64,000 bases of DNA from an uncultured Ferruginibacter sp. (GTDB taxonomy: Bacteria > Bacteroidota > Bacteroidia > Chitinophagales > Chitinophagaceae): positions 42,729 to 106,728 of the forward strand of contig CAZPXP010000006.1 in NCBI GenBank assembly GCA_964590975.1, written 5' to 3'. The translations under genes were made by a program, and so were the position numbers. The notes under the pieces are model-generated. The model ran no database searches. It had not been told where the DNA came from and worked only from the letters and a program-made list of their open reading frames with translations. Shown piece after piece: positions 18,309 to 28,715 of the stretch; within the stretch, counting starts at the first letter, position 1, and every line of letters begins with the position of its first letter.

Positions 18309-18598
18309 ATTATTTTAAAAAGGAAAGATAAGCAGGAAATAAACTCGGTATCCTTAACCTTAAAGTAATATTTTGACCTTTTTACCAAACAAAGTTGACC
18401 CTTTTAGCAAAGTGCCGTACGTTCAGCACAACTACCTTTGCCTTTCCAAAATTTACACAGAACAATGATAAAAACTTCATTAATAACAACACCTGTCTCA
18501 CAAATAATTGATTACCAAAAAATTATAAATACAAGGCAATCACCTTTTCCGATGATGACAACCACAACAATTTTCCACATCAAAAAAGCTTACACAAT

Positions 18599-19957
18599 AT
18601 GATATATTGGACAAGGTTCAAAAAGGCGGTGCGTTTAGCACTCAGCCCCCTGCTGTTACTATTGTATGCCCCGGGTGCACTGTTTGCACAGGGTGGCAGG
18701 GATACCTTAGCACAAACACTGAAAAACAATGCCACACTGGAAAATATCATCCGGTATGCCCTGAAAAATCAGCCGTTGATACAGCAGTTACAGATCGACG
18801 AGGACATTACAAAATCGCAGATCCGCAGTAAGCTGTCCGACTGGTACCCCCAGGTCAACTTCGGGTATAACTACCAGCGCAACTTCCTGTTGCAAACCAG
18901 CATTATTGCAGGTAACCCGGTAAAATTTGGTGTAAACAATACTTCCAACGCACAGTTTACGCTTTCGCAGCAGATCTTTAACCGCGATGTACTGCTGGCC
19001 GACCGTACCCGCAAGGATGTAGAGCAGCTCTCCGGCCAGAATACGAAATACAGCAAAACCCAACTTGCAGCCAATGTAGCCAAAGCGTTTTACGATGTGC
19101 TCACCACGTTGCAGCAGATCAGTGTAACCAGAGAAGATATCGTTCGCCTCGAAAGAAGCCTCAAAGATGCCGAAAACCAGTACAAAGCCGGTATCGTGGA
19201 TAAGATCGACTATAAACGCGCCACCATATCGCTCAATAATACACGCACAGGCAAAAAAGCGTATGAAGAAACACTGAAGGCAAAACTCGAATATCTGAAA
19301 TCATTAATGGGTTACCCCAACGACCAGGAACTGAAGATCAGCTACGATACCCTGCAAATGGAAAAAGAGATCACCCTCGATACAGCACAGCAGGCCAGCT
19401 ACGCTTCGCGCATCGAATACCAGTTGCTTACTACGCGCAAAAAACTGCTCCAAGCCAACCTCCTGTATAATAAATGGAGTTACCTGCCGAATATCAGTTT
19501 TAACGGGGCCTATAATTTTAACTTCCAGAACAATAAGTTCATCGACCTGTACAGTAAAAATTATCCTACCTCGTTTGCAGCCATTACGCTCTCCTTGCCC
19601 TTATACCAGGGAGGTAAGCGTAAAGAAAGTAAAAAGCAGGCAGAGTGGCAGATCAAAAGGCTCGATCTCGATATTGCCGATCTGAAAACAAATGTGAATG
19701 CAGAATATACCGCAGCACTGGCAAGATATAAGAGTAACCTCAGCAACCTGCTCACGCAGAAAGAAAATACAGACCTCGCAAGAGAAGTATATAACATCAT
19801 CCAGTTACAGTACAAGTCAGGTATCAAAACCTATCTTGAAGTGGTAACCTCAGAAACCGATCTGCGGCTGGCGCGCATCAATTATTACAATGCCCTGTAC
19901 GAAGTACTGTCAAGCAAGATAGACGTTCAGAAAGCGCTGGGGCAATTGAACTACTAA
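18599..19957 (+). CDS. TolC family outer-membrane efflux protein
   Basis: 452 aa. Signal peptide, then the two OEP repeats (LENIIRYALKNQPLIQ...; LEVVTSETDLRLARINYYNALYEV). First gene of an OMF-MFP-RND string. Confidence 0.9.
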   Translation: MIYWTRFKKAVRLALSPLLLLLYAPGALFAQGGRDTLAQTLKNNATLENIIRYALKNQPLIQQLQIDEDITKSQIRSKLSDWYPQVNFGYNYQRNFLLQTSIIAGNPVKFGVNNTSNAQFTLSQQIFNRDVLLADRTRKDVEQLSGQNTKYSKTQLAANVAKAFYDVLTTLQQISVTREDIVRLERSLKDAENQYKAGIVDKIDYKRATISLNNTRTGKKAYEETLKAKLEYLKSLMGYPNDQELKISYDTLQMEKEITLDTAQQASYASRIEYQLLTTRKKLLQANLLYNKWSYLPNISFNGAYNFNFQNNKFIDLYSKNYPTSFAAITLSLPLYQGGKRKESKKQAEWQIKRLDLDIADLKTNVNAEYTAALARYKSNLSNLLTQKENTDLAREVYNIIQLQYKSGIKTYLEVVTSETDLRLARINYYNALYEVLSSKIDVQKALGQLNY

Positions 19958-20024
19958 TGAGCCGTACCGCTGGCTTATGAAAAAGATTTGACAATTATTA
20001 ATAAAATCAAAACACATCAACTGT

Positions 20025-21152
20025 ATGTTTTTAAAAATAACTAAATACCATCCCGTTCTCCTGGCTGCTTTTATCATCAGTTCCTGCGGAGGTAAAAAAC
20101 AGGCGCCACCCGCCGCCCCTCCGCCGGTCAACGTAAAACTGATGAGCGTTACCAGCAGCGATGCGGTATATTATGATGAATACCCTGCAACAGTGGTACC
20201 CCTCAACCAGGTAGAGCTGAAACCACAGGTATCCGGTTTTATAACAGGAGTGCACTTCCAGGATGGCGCGCGTGTAAGAAAGGGCCAGTTACTCTATTCT
20301 ATCGACGCACAACTGTATGGTGCCAATTATGAGCAGGCCATGGCTACCCTCAGCGTGCAGGAAGCCAACGTAGCCAAAGCACAGCGCGAAGCCAACCGGT
20401 ACCACGAGCTGGATAAAAATGAAGCGGTGGCCAAACAACTGGTAGACAATATGGATGCCGCACTCGAAGTGGCAAAGCGCCAGCGCGACGCAGCAAGGGC
20501 AAATGTAAGAGCAGTGCAAACCAGCGTACGCTACACCAAAGTGTTTGCCCCCTTCGACGGGGTGATCGGCATCTCGGCGGTAAAAGTGGGTACGGCAGTT
20601 TCTGCCGGGCAAACCATACTGAACACCGTTTCTACCGACAACCAACTGGCCGTAGATTTTAATATCGACCAGAAAGAGATATTCCGGTTTACCAACCTGA
20701 TCAAAGTACAGAATCCTGCCGACTCCACCTTTACACTCAAGTTCGGAACCGATGTGTATCCATACAATGGTAAGATACTGCTGATCGACCGTGCGGTAGA
20801 CCAGCAAACAGGTTCTATCAAAACACGTCTTGTGTTTCCCAATAAAGAAAACCTGTTAAGGGCAGGCATGAGCGGCACCGTGCGCGTGCTGAACAATGCA
20901 GCCGTAAAATCCATCGTAATACCACATAAAGCCGTTACCGAGCAACTCGGTGAGTTCTTTGTTTACGTTGCGGGCGACAGCAGCAAGGTAAGCCAGCGTA
21001 AGCTGGTACTCGGTCAGGCACTCGGTACAAACATTATCGTAAAAGAAGGATTGAAAGAAGGAGAAAAAATCGTTGTGGAAGGCGTACAGAACCTGCGCGA
21101 AGGAGCGGTCATCAAAACAGAAACCACACCACCGCCACCGGCTGCAAAATAG
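20025..21152 (+). CDS. RND efflux periplasmic adaptor lipoprotein
   Basis: Lipobox LAAFIISSCGG. HlyD-like motifs (VSGFITGVHFQDGARVRKGQLLYSID; YTKVFAPFDGVIG). Confidence 0.9.
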   Translation: MFLKITKYHPVLLAAFIISSCGGKKQAPPAAPPPVNVKLMSVTSSDAVYYDEYPATVVPLNQVELKPQVSGFITGVHFQDGARVRKGQLLYSIDAQLYGANYEQAMATLSVQEANVAKAQREANRYHELDKNEAVAKQLVDNMDAALEVAKRQRDAARANVRAVQTSVRYTKVFAPFDGVIGISAVKVGTAVSAGQTILNTVSTDNQLAVDFNIDQKEIFRFTNLIKVQNPADSTFTLKFGTDVYPYNGKILLIDRAVDQQTGSIKTRLVFPNKENLLRAGMSGTVRVLNNAAVKSIVIPHKAVTEQLGEFFVYVAGDSSKVSQRKLVLGQALGTNIIVKEGLKEGEKIVVEGVQNLREGAVIKTETTPPPPAAK

Positions 21153-21212
21153 GCATACAACATGCCGGTTTGCAATCCTTAATTCTTACAGGGTTCCTTA
21201 AACACAAAAAAA

Positions 21213-24200
21213 ATGATCGCAAATACTTTTATAAAACGGCCCGTTACCGCAATTGTAACATCAATTGTGCTCGTGCTGGTCGGGCTCATTGCACTAACAA
21301 CATTGCCCGTTGCCCAGTACCCCGATGTTACACCCCCCACGGTAACCATATCGGGCAACTTTACCGGTGCTGATGCACAAACGGTAGAACAAACCACCAC
21401 CACAGCTATTGAAACACAGGTAAACGGTGTGCCGGGCATGAGCTATATGTCGAGCAACAGTACCAGCAGTGGGCAGAGCAGCATCAACGTTGTTTTTGAC
21501 GTAGGCACAGACGTAAACATTGCAGCGCTCGATGTACAGAACCGCGTGAGCGTAGCAGAGCCCACGCTTCCCGATGCCGTAAAAAGGCTGGGCCTTACAG
21601 TACGTAAGCGCCAGCCGAGCATCATGATGGCGCTGGGGATCTATTCGCCCAACGGTACGCACGACGCACAGTTTATCGGCAACTTCGCCAACCTCTACAT
21701 TAAAGATGCCTTACAGCGCGTAAAAGGTGTGGGCGATATCATTTCACGTGCAGATGATTTTGGTATGCGTATATGGCTCAATCCCGAAAGGCTGGCCAGC
21801 CTCGGTATGACCCCGGGCGATATCGCAGCAGCGCTTGCCGAGCAGAACCTCCAGGTAGCCGCAGGTACCGTAGGCGGTAATCCGCAGCCCGTTACCCAGA
21901 GCTTTGAGTACAGCGTATTAACCAACAGCCGCCTCAATACAAAGCAGCAGTTTGAAGATATTATCGTACGCTCTTCACCCATAGACGGGAGCGTGATCTA
22001 CCTCAAAGACGTAGCCCGCGTAGAGCTCGGTAAATTCGATTATGGTATCAACGCCTTTATCGATGGTAAGCCCGCAGCCTTTGTACTCATCTACCAGGCC
22101 CCCGGTGCCAACGCCCTCGAAACCTACGATGGGGTGATGAAAGCACTTACCGAAATGAAAAAAACATTTCCCAAAGACCTCGATTTTAAGATTCCCCTCG
22201 AAACAGCTTCCGTTGTACGCGTATCCATCAGGGAAGTACTGCATACCTTCGGCGAAGCCATGATACTCGTGGTGCTGGTAGTATTCCTGTTTCTTCAGAA
22301 CTGGAGAGCCACCCTTATTCCCATACTCGCCATTCCCGTTTCGCTGATCGGTACCTTTATCTTCTTTATTCCCTTTGGCTTTACCATCAACACGCTTACC
22401 CTGTTTGCCTTTGTACTGGCCATCGGTATCGTGGTAGATGATGCCATCGTGGTAGTGGAGGCCGTACAGCATAATATAGACCACTATAAAATGTCGGCCA
22501 GGGAGGCAACCGCCAAGGCCATGAAAGAAATATCCGGGCCGGTTATTGCCATTGCCCTGATCCTTGCAGCAGTGTTCGTTCCCGTTAGCTTTGTGCCCGG
22601 TATCGTGGGGCGCCTCTATCAGCAGTTTGCCATTACCATTGCGGTATCGGTATTGCTGTCGGCATTTGTAGCGTTATCCCTCACCCCCGCACTGTGTACC
22701 ATCATGCTCAAACCATCGAAGGGAGAAGGCGCAAAGATGAACCTGCTCGAAAAATTCTTCTCCAGGTTTAATAAATCCTTTGGTAAACTCTCCAACGCTT
22801 ATACCCGCGGTGTAGCCAAATGGATCAAAGGCACGCCCTATGTGCTGATAATGATGGTTTGCCTCATCGTAGGGCTGGTATTTCTCTTTAAGAGCAAACC
22901 CTCCGGCTTTATTCCCGTTGAAGACGAAGGCCGTTTATATGTAACCTACGAAATGCAGGAAGCCACTTCCACCACACGCAATATCGCGATGGTAAAAGAC
23001 ATTATGGCAAGGGTATCTTCCATGCCCGAAGTACGTACCGTAGGTGGCCTGGCCGGGCTCAACATCATCAGCTTCTCCAACAAATCCAACGTGGGTACCA
23101 TGTTTGTGAACCTGCAGCCATGGGCCGACAGGGAAGGAGCAAAGCACCACGTACAGGCAGTGATCAAAGAAATACAGAAGCGTACAGCCGATATTAAAGA
23201 AGCCAGGGTACTGGCCATTGCACCCCCGGCCATTCCCGGCCTCGGCGCTACCTCGGGCTTTACGTTCGAGTTGCAGCAAACCACCACTACCGATAATGTA
23301 CAGCAATTTGAAGGAGTAGCGCGTAAGTTCCTTGCAGCCGTAAACCAGCGCCCGGAGATTGGCCTGGCATACACGTTCTTTAATGCCAGAACACCAGGCT
23401 ACCAGGTAGATGTTGACCGGGAAAAAACAAAGAAGCTGGGCGTACAGGTAAACGACGTATTCAATTCCCTCTCTACCTTACTGGGCAGCAGCTACGTAAA
23501 CGACTTTAACCTTTACGGACGCAACTTCCGGGTAATGATACAGGCAGACAGCAGTTTTCGCTCCAGTCTCGACCAGATCAACAAGTTCTATGTGCGCAAC
23601 AAAACAGGTGGCATGGTGCCCCTCTCCGCGCTCGTTACTACCAAAGTGGTGGAAAACCCCGCGCTCATTTCACACTATAATATATACCGTTCAGTAGAGA
23701 TCAATGGCACACCCAAACCGGGCTACAGTAGTGGCCAGGCCATACAGGCCCTTAAAGAAGTGGCAGCCAGCACGCTCCCCGCGGGCTATGGGTACGAATT
23801 TTCAGGTATGAGCAGCGAAGAAATAAAAGCCGGTAACAGTACCACAACCATCTTCGCCATTTCGATCATTTTCGTATTCCTCTTTCTTGCCGCGTTGTAT
23901 GAGAGCTGGTCTATACCATTCTCCGTACTCTTTGCTGTTCCGATAGGTGCCTTTGGCTCCATCCTTACGCTTACATTCATTCCCAGCCTGTCCAACAATA
24001 TCTACGCACAGATCGGGCTGATCACGCTGATTGGTCTTGCAGCCAAGAATGCCATCCTCATCGTAGAGTTTGCCAAAGAAAGGGTAGACAGTGGAATGGC
24101 AATTGTACAAGCCACGCTCGAAGCCGTAAAACTCCGCCTGCGGCCGATCATTATGACCTCGCTGGCCTTTATACTCGGGGTATTACCCCTTGCCTTTGCC

Positions 24201-24374
24201 AGTGGAGCAGCCGCCGAATCACGTAAAACAATCGGCTGGACGGTGTTTGGAGGTATGCTTGCAGCCACCTCTCTTGCTATCTTTGTAGTACCGGTACTTT
24301 TTGTGGCCATCGAGAAAATAGCATTAAAAGGAAAGCTCAGGCGCAAACAAAAAGAAACCACGCCACTAACATAA
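21213..24374 (+). CDS. RND multidrug efflux permease (AcrB/HAE1 family)
   Basis: 1053 aa. MIANTFIKRPVTAIVTSIVLVLVG, LAIGIVVDDAIVVVE, LAAKNAILIVEF. Paralogue of 1045-4212. Confidence 0.95.
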   Translation: MIANTFIKRPVTAIVTSIVLVLVGLIALTTLPVAQYPDVTPPTVTISGNFTGADAQTVEQTTTTAIETQVNGVPGMSYMSSNSTSSGQSSINVVFDVGTDVNIAALDVQNRVSVAEPTLPDAVKRLGLTVRKRQPSIMMALGIYSPNGTHDAQFIGNFANLYIKDALQRVKGVGDIISRADDFGMRIWLNPERLASLGMTPGDIAAALAEQNLQVAAGTVGGNPQPVTQSFEYSVLTNSRLNTKQQFEDIIVRSSPIDGSVIYLKDVARVELGKFDYGINAFIDGKPAAFVLIYQAPGANALETYDGVMKALTEMKKTFPKDLDFKIPLETASVVRVSIREVLHTFGEAMILVVLVVFLFLQNWRATLIPILAIPVSLIGTFIFFIPFGFTINTLTLFAFVLAIGIVVDDAIVVVEAVQHNIDHYKMSAREATAKAMKEISGPVIAIALILAAVFVPVSFVPGIVGRLYQQFAITIAVSVLLSAFVALSLTPALCTIMLKPSKGEGAKMNLLEKFFSRFNKSFGKLSNAYTRGVAKWIKGTPYVLIMMVCLIVGLVFLFKSKPSGFIPVEDEGRLYVTYEMQEATSTTRNIAMVKDIMARVSSMPEVRTVGGLAGLNIISFSNKSNVGTMFVNLQPWADREGAKHHVQAVIKEIQKRTADIKEARVLAIAPPAIPGLGATSGFTFELQQTTTTDNVQQFEGVARKFLAAVNQRPEIGLAYTFFNARTPGYQVDVDREKTKKLGVQVNDVFNSLSTLLGSSYVNDFNLYGRNFRVMIQADSSFRSSLDQINKFYVRNKTGGMVPLSALVTTKVVENPALISHYNIYRSVEINGTPKPGYSSGQAIQALKEVAASTLPAGYGYEFSGMSSEEIKAGNSTTTIFAISIIFVFLFLAALYESWSIPFSVLFAVPIGAFGSILTLTFIPSLSNNIYAQIGLITLIGLAAKNAILIVEFAKERVDSGMAIVQATLEAVKLRLRPIIMTSLAFILGVLPLAFASGAAAESRKTIGWTVFGGMLAATSLAIFVVPVLFVAIEKIALKGKLRRKQKETTPLT

Positions 24375-24390
24375 ATTGGTATGTAATAAC

Positions 24391-24420
24391 AACAGCGGCA
24401 GGCATACGCCTGCTGCTGTT
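24391..24420 (+). terminator. Hairpin immediately after the RND pump gene (putative intrinsic terminator)
   Basis: aacagcggcaggc-atac-gcctgctgctgtt: a 13-bp stem with one G:U pair and a 4-nt loop, 17 bp after the stop codon. There is no clear U-tract. Confidence 0.45.
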
Positions 24421-24446
24421 GATTCATAATATTAAATTTACGGATT

Positions 24447-25295
24447 ATGCCACCGCGGAAAGAAGAAACAAGCCAACCCCGTATATTATATTCCTGCTAC
24501 TCAAAGATGAACAGGGAAGGAGAACAGTTTATACCAGAGCACCAGTTTGGTTGTACCCTTGCCGGCAGCCTGGAACTGTACAGCGATGGGAAAACGCAGA
24601 TATATAAAGAAGGCGAGTTCCGGTTTTTCAGAAAGAACAGGCTCGTAAAGTTCATCAAACACCCGCCACCCGGCGGGGAATACAAGTCTATTGCCATACG
24701 CATGGACCAGGGTACACTCAAAGAGATCAGTGCCGAATATAACCTGCACATGGACCAGCCCTATACCGGTGAAAGCGTGGTGCCCCTGCAGCAGCACAAC
24801 CTGCTAAAAAAGTTTGTAGATTCATTAACACCCTATGCCGATGACGAAAGCGAGTTTAGTAAAGTAATTGTGCGGCTTAAGGTAAAAGAAGCCGTGATGA
24901 TCCTGCTCGAAACCAATCCTGCATTAAAAGATACCCTCTTCGATTTTAATGAGCCCGGCAAGATCGATCTCGAAGCGTATATGAACCAGCATTACCTGTT
25001 TAACCTGCACCTCGAACGCTTTGCCTACCTCACGGGCAGGAGCCTTTCTACCTTTAAAAGAGATTTTAAAGACATATTCCACAGTACACCCAACCGTTGG
25101 TTACAGAAAAAGCGGCTCGAAAAAGCCTATTACCAGATAAAAGAGAAGGGCGCTAAAGCATCAGACGTTTACCTCGAAGTGGGTTTTGAAAACCTGTCGC
25201 ACTTTTCCTCTGCCTTTAAATCCGTTTACGGCATTGCACCGTCGAGGCTGTGCGACCATGGCATGATAAATAATGGTGTTAAATCAGATTTTTGA
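24447..25295 (+). CDS. AraC family transcriptional regulator
   Basis: C-terminal double HTH (LERFAYLTGRSLSTFKRDFKDIFHSTPNRWLQKKRLEKAY...VGFENLSHFSSAFKSVYGIAPS). An alternative start lies at 24507. Confidence 0.88.
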   Translation: MPPRKEETSQPRILYSCYSKMNREGEQFIPEHQFGCTLAGSLELYSDGKTQIYKEGEFRFFRKNRLVKFIKHPPPGGEYKSIAIRMDQGTLKEISAEYNLHMDQPYTGESVVPLQQHNLLKKFVDSLTPYADDESEFSKVIVRLKVKEAVMILLETNPALKDTLFDFNEPGKIDLEAYMNQHYLFNLHLERFAYLTGRSLSTFKRDFKDIFHSTPNRWLQKKRLEKAYYQIKEKGAKASDVYLEVGFENLSHFSSAFKSVYGIAPSRLCDHGMINNGVKSDF

Positions 25296-25300
25296 ATTTC

Positions 25301-25705
25301 TTATACTGCAGCCACTAATTCGTAGGGATTGGTAATTGTCCTTTTGCCAAATCGTTTTAATAAAGCGACTTCATTTGATTTGTCAATTTTCTCTTTTTCA
25401 AGAATTTCCTGAACCGCAGGCTGCTTCAAGCCAGGAATACGAGTTTGGAAGAATGGCCAAAGCATCTCGCTTTTATAAATCTTATCTAAATCAGAAAAGC
25501 CTACGATTCGATTGTATTCTTCTGAATGCTTTTTGAAATCGTCTGTGTACTTAAAATACCATTCGCCTTTATCACAATACAATTCTCCTATGCGAATGGC
25601 ATCAACTTTTAGAATAAACCTCGCATCTTCATCATGAGGAAGTTGTACCTGCACCTCAAGATTATCCTCATTCTTACTAAACCAATTTATGATTTTGCGT
25701 AACAT
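25301..25705 (-). CDS. Small protein resembling the HipA N-terminal subdomain (HipS/HipN-like)
   Basis: 134 aa. IGELYCDKGEWYFKYTDDF...MLWPFFQTRIPGLKQPAV...ALLKRFGKRTITNPYEL parallels, by eye, E. coli HipA residues about 12-100 (VGEL...HTFKY...VFNFFDNLLPDS...DLLSEIGRDSVGAV). The start codon is 1 nt from the stop of the upstream kinase gene. Confidence 0.7.
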   Translation of the reverse strand: MLRKIINWFSKNEDNLEVQVQLPHDEDARFILKVDAIRIGELYCDKGEWYFKYTDDFKKHSEEYNRIVGFSDLDKIYKSEMLWPFFQTRIPGLKQPAVQEILEKEKIDKSNEVALLKRFGKRTITNPYELVAAV

Positions 25706-25706
25706 A

Positions 25707-26708
25707 TTAATCTTCTCTTATTTTTTTAAACCTGGTGTTTAAGATCAAGGTTATTAATTTAGATCTTTCCGGGATGAAGAAAGGATAAAATTCTCTGTTC
25801 AGCATTCTAATAATTTTTTCCTCATTCTCAGCTTTTGCTAAATCATCAATAATTTCTTTGTATTCCCTATTATACCGTTTAATAAAATCAATGAGTTGGA
25901 AATGGTTGGCTTGTTTATTAGCCTCAATACTTATTCTTGGACAAGCTTCATCTATGTAATTTACAATTTTCCTGCCACTTTGTGTAAATATTTTCCTAAT
26001 ATTTGCATCGCTATAATTCCACATTAATCCTCTTGCGGAGTCATAAATGGGTGCGAAAGCAGGTAACTTCGATGTTTTTTTCTTAGTGTCAATAACTCCC
26101 CAATTATAAAAATGACGATCATTATTACCTGCCAGAGCATCAAAGGTAAGCATTTTAATTAACTCAACTATCAGATTCTCAAAGCATTGTGGAAATACTG
26201 CTCTGATAGAGTCTTTAATAAACTCAAAAGTAAATAGCTCTCTGGCTGTAGATTTGTCGTTCGCAATTTTTTCTGCCAGAAGCATATCTCCTAAATGCTC
26301 ACCACATATTTCAGCTCCATGAATGAGTTTCTCATCTTTATTTAGAAAATACCTGCTAAGAAATCGTACTTGAGAATTTGCATTTACCAATTTTATTTCA
26401 TTCATTCGTAACCCTAAGACTTGTCCAATACGATTAATCATGTACTCTATTATCGACTCATGTGGATACCATTTCTCGGCTGTTTTAGCAATATAAGAAG
26501 GCCAGGAGCTTGAGGATGATTTTCTTATAGTGGCATCTTTTTGATAAAAATATGCTTTGATAAACTGTTTTGGAGCATCTCCATCCAGATCATAATTCTT
26601 GACAACGTATTCATTCTCCCTTAGTTGAGGAATTGTATGTTCATCATAAATTTTACCCGAACAATGTATCGAGCGCTCAATTCTTAAATTTCCTCTTGAA
26701 TTATGCAT
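25707..26708 (-). CDS. HipA-like Ser/Thr kinase core (lacks the N-terminal subdomain)
   Basis: Catalytic-loop-like LTFDALAGNNDRHFYNWGV (compare HipA IGATDGHAKNFSV) and FAPIYDSARGL (compare TPFYDIISAF). The ATG at 26708 (MHNSRGN) is preferred over the ORF-track start at 26768. Confidence 0.75.
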   Translation of the reverse strand: MHNSRGNLRIERSIHCSGKIYDEHTIPQLRENEYVVKNYDLDGDAPKQFIKAYFYQKDATIRKSSSSSWPSYIAKTAEKWYPHESIIEYMINRIGQVLGLRMNEIKLVNANSQVRFLSRYFLNKDEKLIHGAEICGEHLGDMLLAEKIANDKSTARELFTFEFIKDSIRAVFPQCFENLIVELIKMLTFDALAGNNDRHFYNWGVIDTKKKTSKLPAFAPIYDSARGLMWNYSDANIRKIFTQSGRKIVNYIDEACPRISIEANKQANHFQLIDFIKRYNREYKEIIDDLAKAENEEKIIRMLNREFYPFFIPERSKLITLILNTRFKKIRED

Positions 26709-27067
26709 TATTTCGAATATAAATTGAATATTTATACAATATAAGCAGTCTGTCTCAAAAAAGTGCATCTATGCATTTAGCAATTGTACAGAGGATATTT
26801 ATATTTTATTGTTGAATATACGCTATGTATGCTTATAAAATTTCATTGTTCGCCTTGCCGAAGTAGATTAGATTACTACCTCAAGGTTTCTGTCCGCCAG
26901 TTTTTACTCCCTGTATAGCTAATAACTACTTTAGTGGCAACCTGCGCCAATCTTTATGCTATAGTTGCATTGATACCGTTGATGTGCCCGTTACCAGTAT
27001 TTACTTTATCGTTTGGTTTTACTCATGTTTTATTATTTTGTTAATTCAGAGACTAAACTTCAGACCG

Positions 27068-28597
27068 TCACGGCATTTTATATAACCCGAATTCAGACAG
27101 GGTAGGGTTGAGGCGGGAAGACAGTATGCTTAGCCTTACCTCCCTTGCAGTAACCGGGGCAAACCTGGCCAGCCTTTTATAACCTATCGTAGATCCTTTT
27201 GCCAGTAACTTCCATTCAGTACCCTCTTTATATTCCAGCACAAAGCTTTCGATGCGCTGACCAATGGCAATGTTTTCCTGTAAACACAACACATCAAATG
27301 ATTTGGCAGCAGGCAGGGTAAAAGTGATGGTAGTCGTCGTATCCTTCCGTGCAGTAGTAAAATATGTAGCATATTTTCCATCCAGCAGTGCTTCCGTATG
27401 TATTCCATTCGCAGTTTTTACCACAGCACCCTTTGCAAGGTTTACAGCAAATACCTTATCCAGCAAACCTCCAAACCCCTTGAGGTGCCTTACATCAGCA
27501 TCAGCCAGCAAGCCACGTTTATCAGGCGGAATATTTAAAAGCAGTACGCTGTTATAGCCCACCGAGCTGAAATAGATATCCAGCAGTTTTTCAGGCGTTT
27601 TTACAGCATCATCTTCCTTAGTATGATAGAACCAGCCCGGCCTGATAGACACATCCGTTTCAGCAGGATACCAGACCAGGCCCTTTGCACCCATAAGCAT
27701 GGCGCGGCTGCCGAGATCGCTGCCGGTCTTATCTCCCGAAGGGGCGTATGCAGGATCCTTTTGAGAAGCATCCGCAATCCTCTGTATCATATTATCATCA
27801 GCAGGTATTACGCTCCACTCCATCTCGCGGCCATACCCGCTTTCAGTACCTACCCATCTTACATCAGGGCCCATAATAGCAATAACGGCAGCCGGTTGCA
27901 GTTTCCTTATCAGGCCGTACCAGCGGTTAAAATCATATACCTGTTTTTTACCGTTCGGTCCCTCACCATTGGCGCCGTCAAACCAAACCTCGTCAATCCG
28001 GCCGTATTGTGTAAGCAGTTCCGTAAGCTGGTTAGCAAAATAATCATTATACGCTTCCGTGCCATAGAGTTTTGAGTTCCTGTCCCACGGTGAAAGATAA
28101 ACGCCAAAGCCAACGCCCATTTGCCTGCATGCGCCAGCTACTTCCTTTACCACATCTCCTTTGCCATTTTTCCAGGAGCTGTTCTTTACCGAGTGTTCCG
28201 TGTATTTACTGGGCCATAAGCAAAAACCATCATGGTGCTTTGCCGTAATGATCACCTGCTTAAAGCCTGCATCCTTAACCGTCTTTACCCATTGCTTCGC
28301 ATCCAGCAACGCGGGGTTAAATATTTGGGGATCTTCAGTTCCATCCCCCCATTCCTTATCCGTAAAAGTATTGACGCCAAAATGAAAGAACGCCGTCAGC
28401 TCCAGCCTTTGCCAGCGCAATTGCCGGGCACTTGGAGTAACAGCCGCCGCTTTGCTGATGATAGTGGCAGCATCAGCACTAGGCGATAATAGAACATAGT
28501 TGGTACCCGGTTTGTTACCCTGTGCAGGTAATAATAAACTGCAGCAGTTAAGCAGCGCCAGGAAGACACCCGCTTTTTTGCACCATGATTTTCTCAT
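27068..28597 (-). CDS. Secreted alpha-L-fucosidase (GH29) with C-terminal discoidin-like domain
   Basis: FHFGVNTFTDKEWGDG...AGFKQVIITAKHHDGFCLWPSKYT...DEVWFDGANGEG is the GH29 signature region. The C-terminal approximately 130 aa is beta-sandwich-like. Confidence 0.9.
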   Translation of the reverse strand: MRKSWCKKAGVFLALLNCCSLLLPAQGNKPGTNYVLLSPSADAATIISKAAAVTPSARQLRWQRLELTAFFHFGVNTFTDKEWGDGTEDPQIFNPALLDAKQWVKTVKDAGFKQVIITAKHHDGFCLWPSKYTEHSVKNSSWKNGKGDVVKEVAGACRQMGVGFGVYLSPWDRNSKLYGTEAYNDYFANQLTELLTQYGRIDEVWFDGANGEGPNGKKQVYDFNRWYGLIRKLQPAAVIAIMGPDVRWVGTESGYGREMEWSVIPADDNMIQRIADASQKDPAYAPSGDKTGSDLGSRAMLMGAKGLVWYPAETDVSIRPGWFYHTKEDDAVKTPEKLLDIYFSSVGYNSVLLLNIPPDKRGLLADADVRHLKGFGGLLDKVFAVNLAKGAVVKTANGIHTEALLDGKYATYFTTARKDTTTTITFTLPAAKSFDVLCLQENIAIGQRIESFVLEYKEGTEWKLLAKGSTIGYKRLARFAPVTAREVRLSILSSRLNPTLSEFGLYKMP

Positions 28598-28715
28598 GAA
28601 ACAAAGTTGCTGCTTTTAGATACAAAATACCTCCTCCTTACAAAAATTGGTATCGTATTTGTATTTGCAGGATAAAATAATAACCCTTACATTACTAAAA
28701 CTTAAAAAAGCAATT

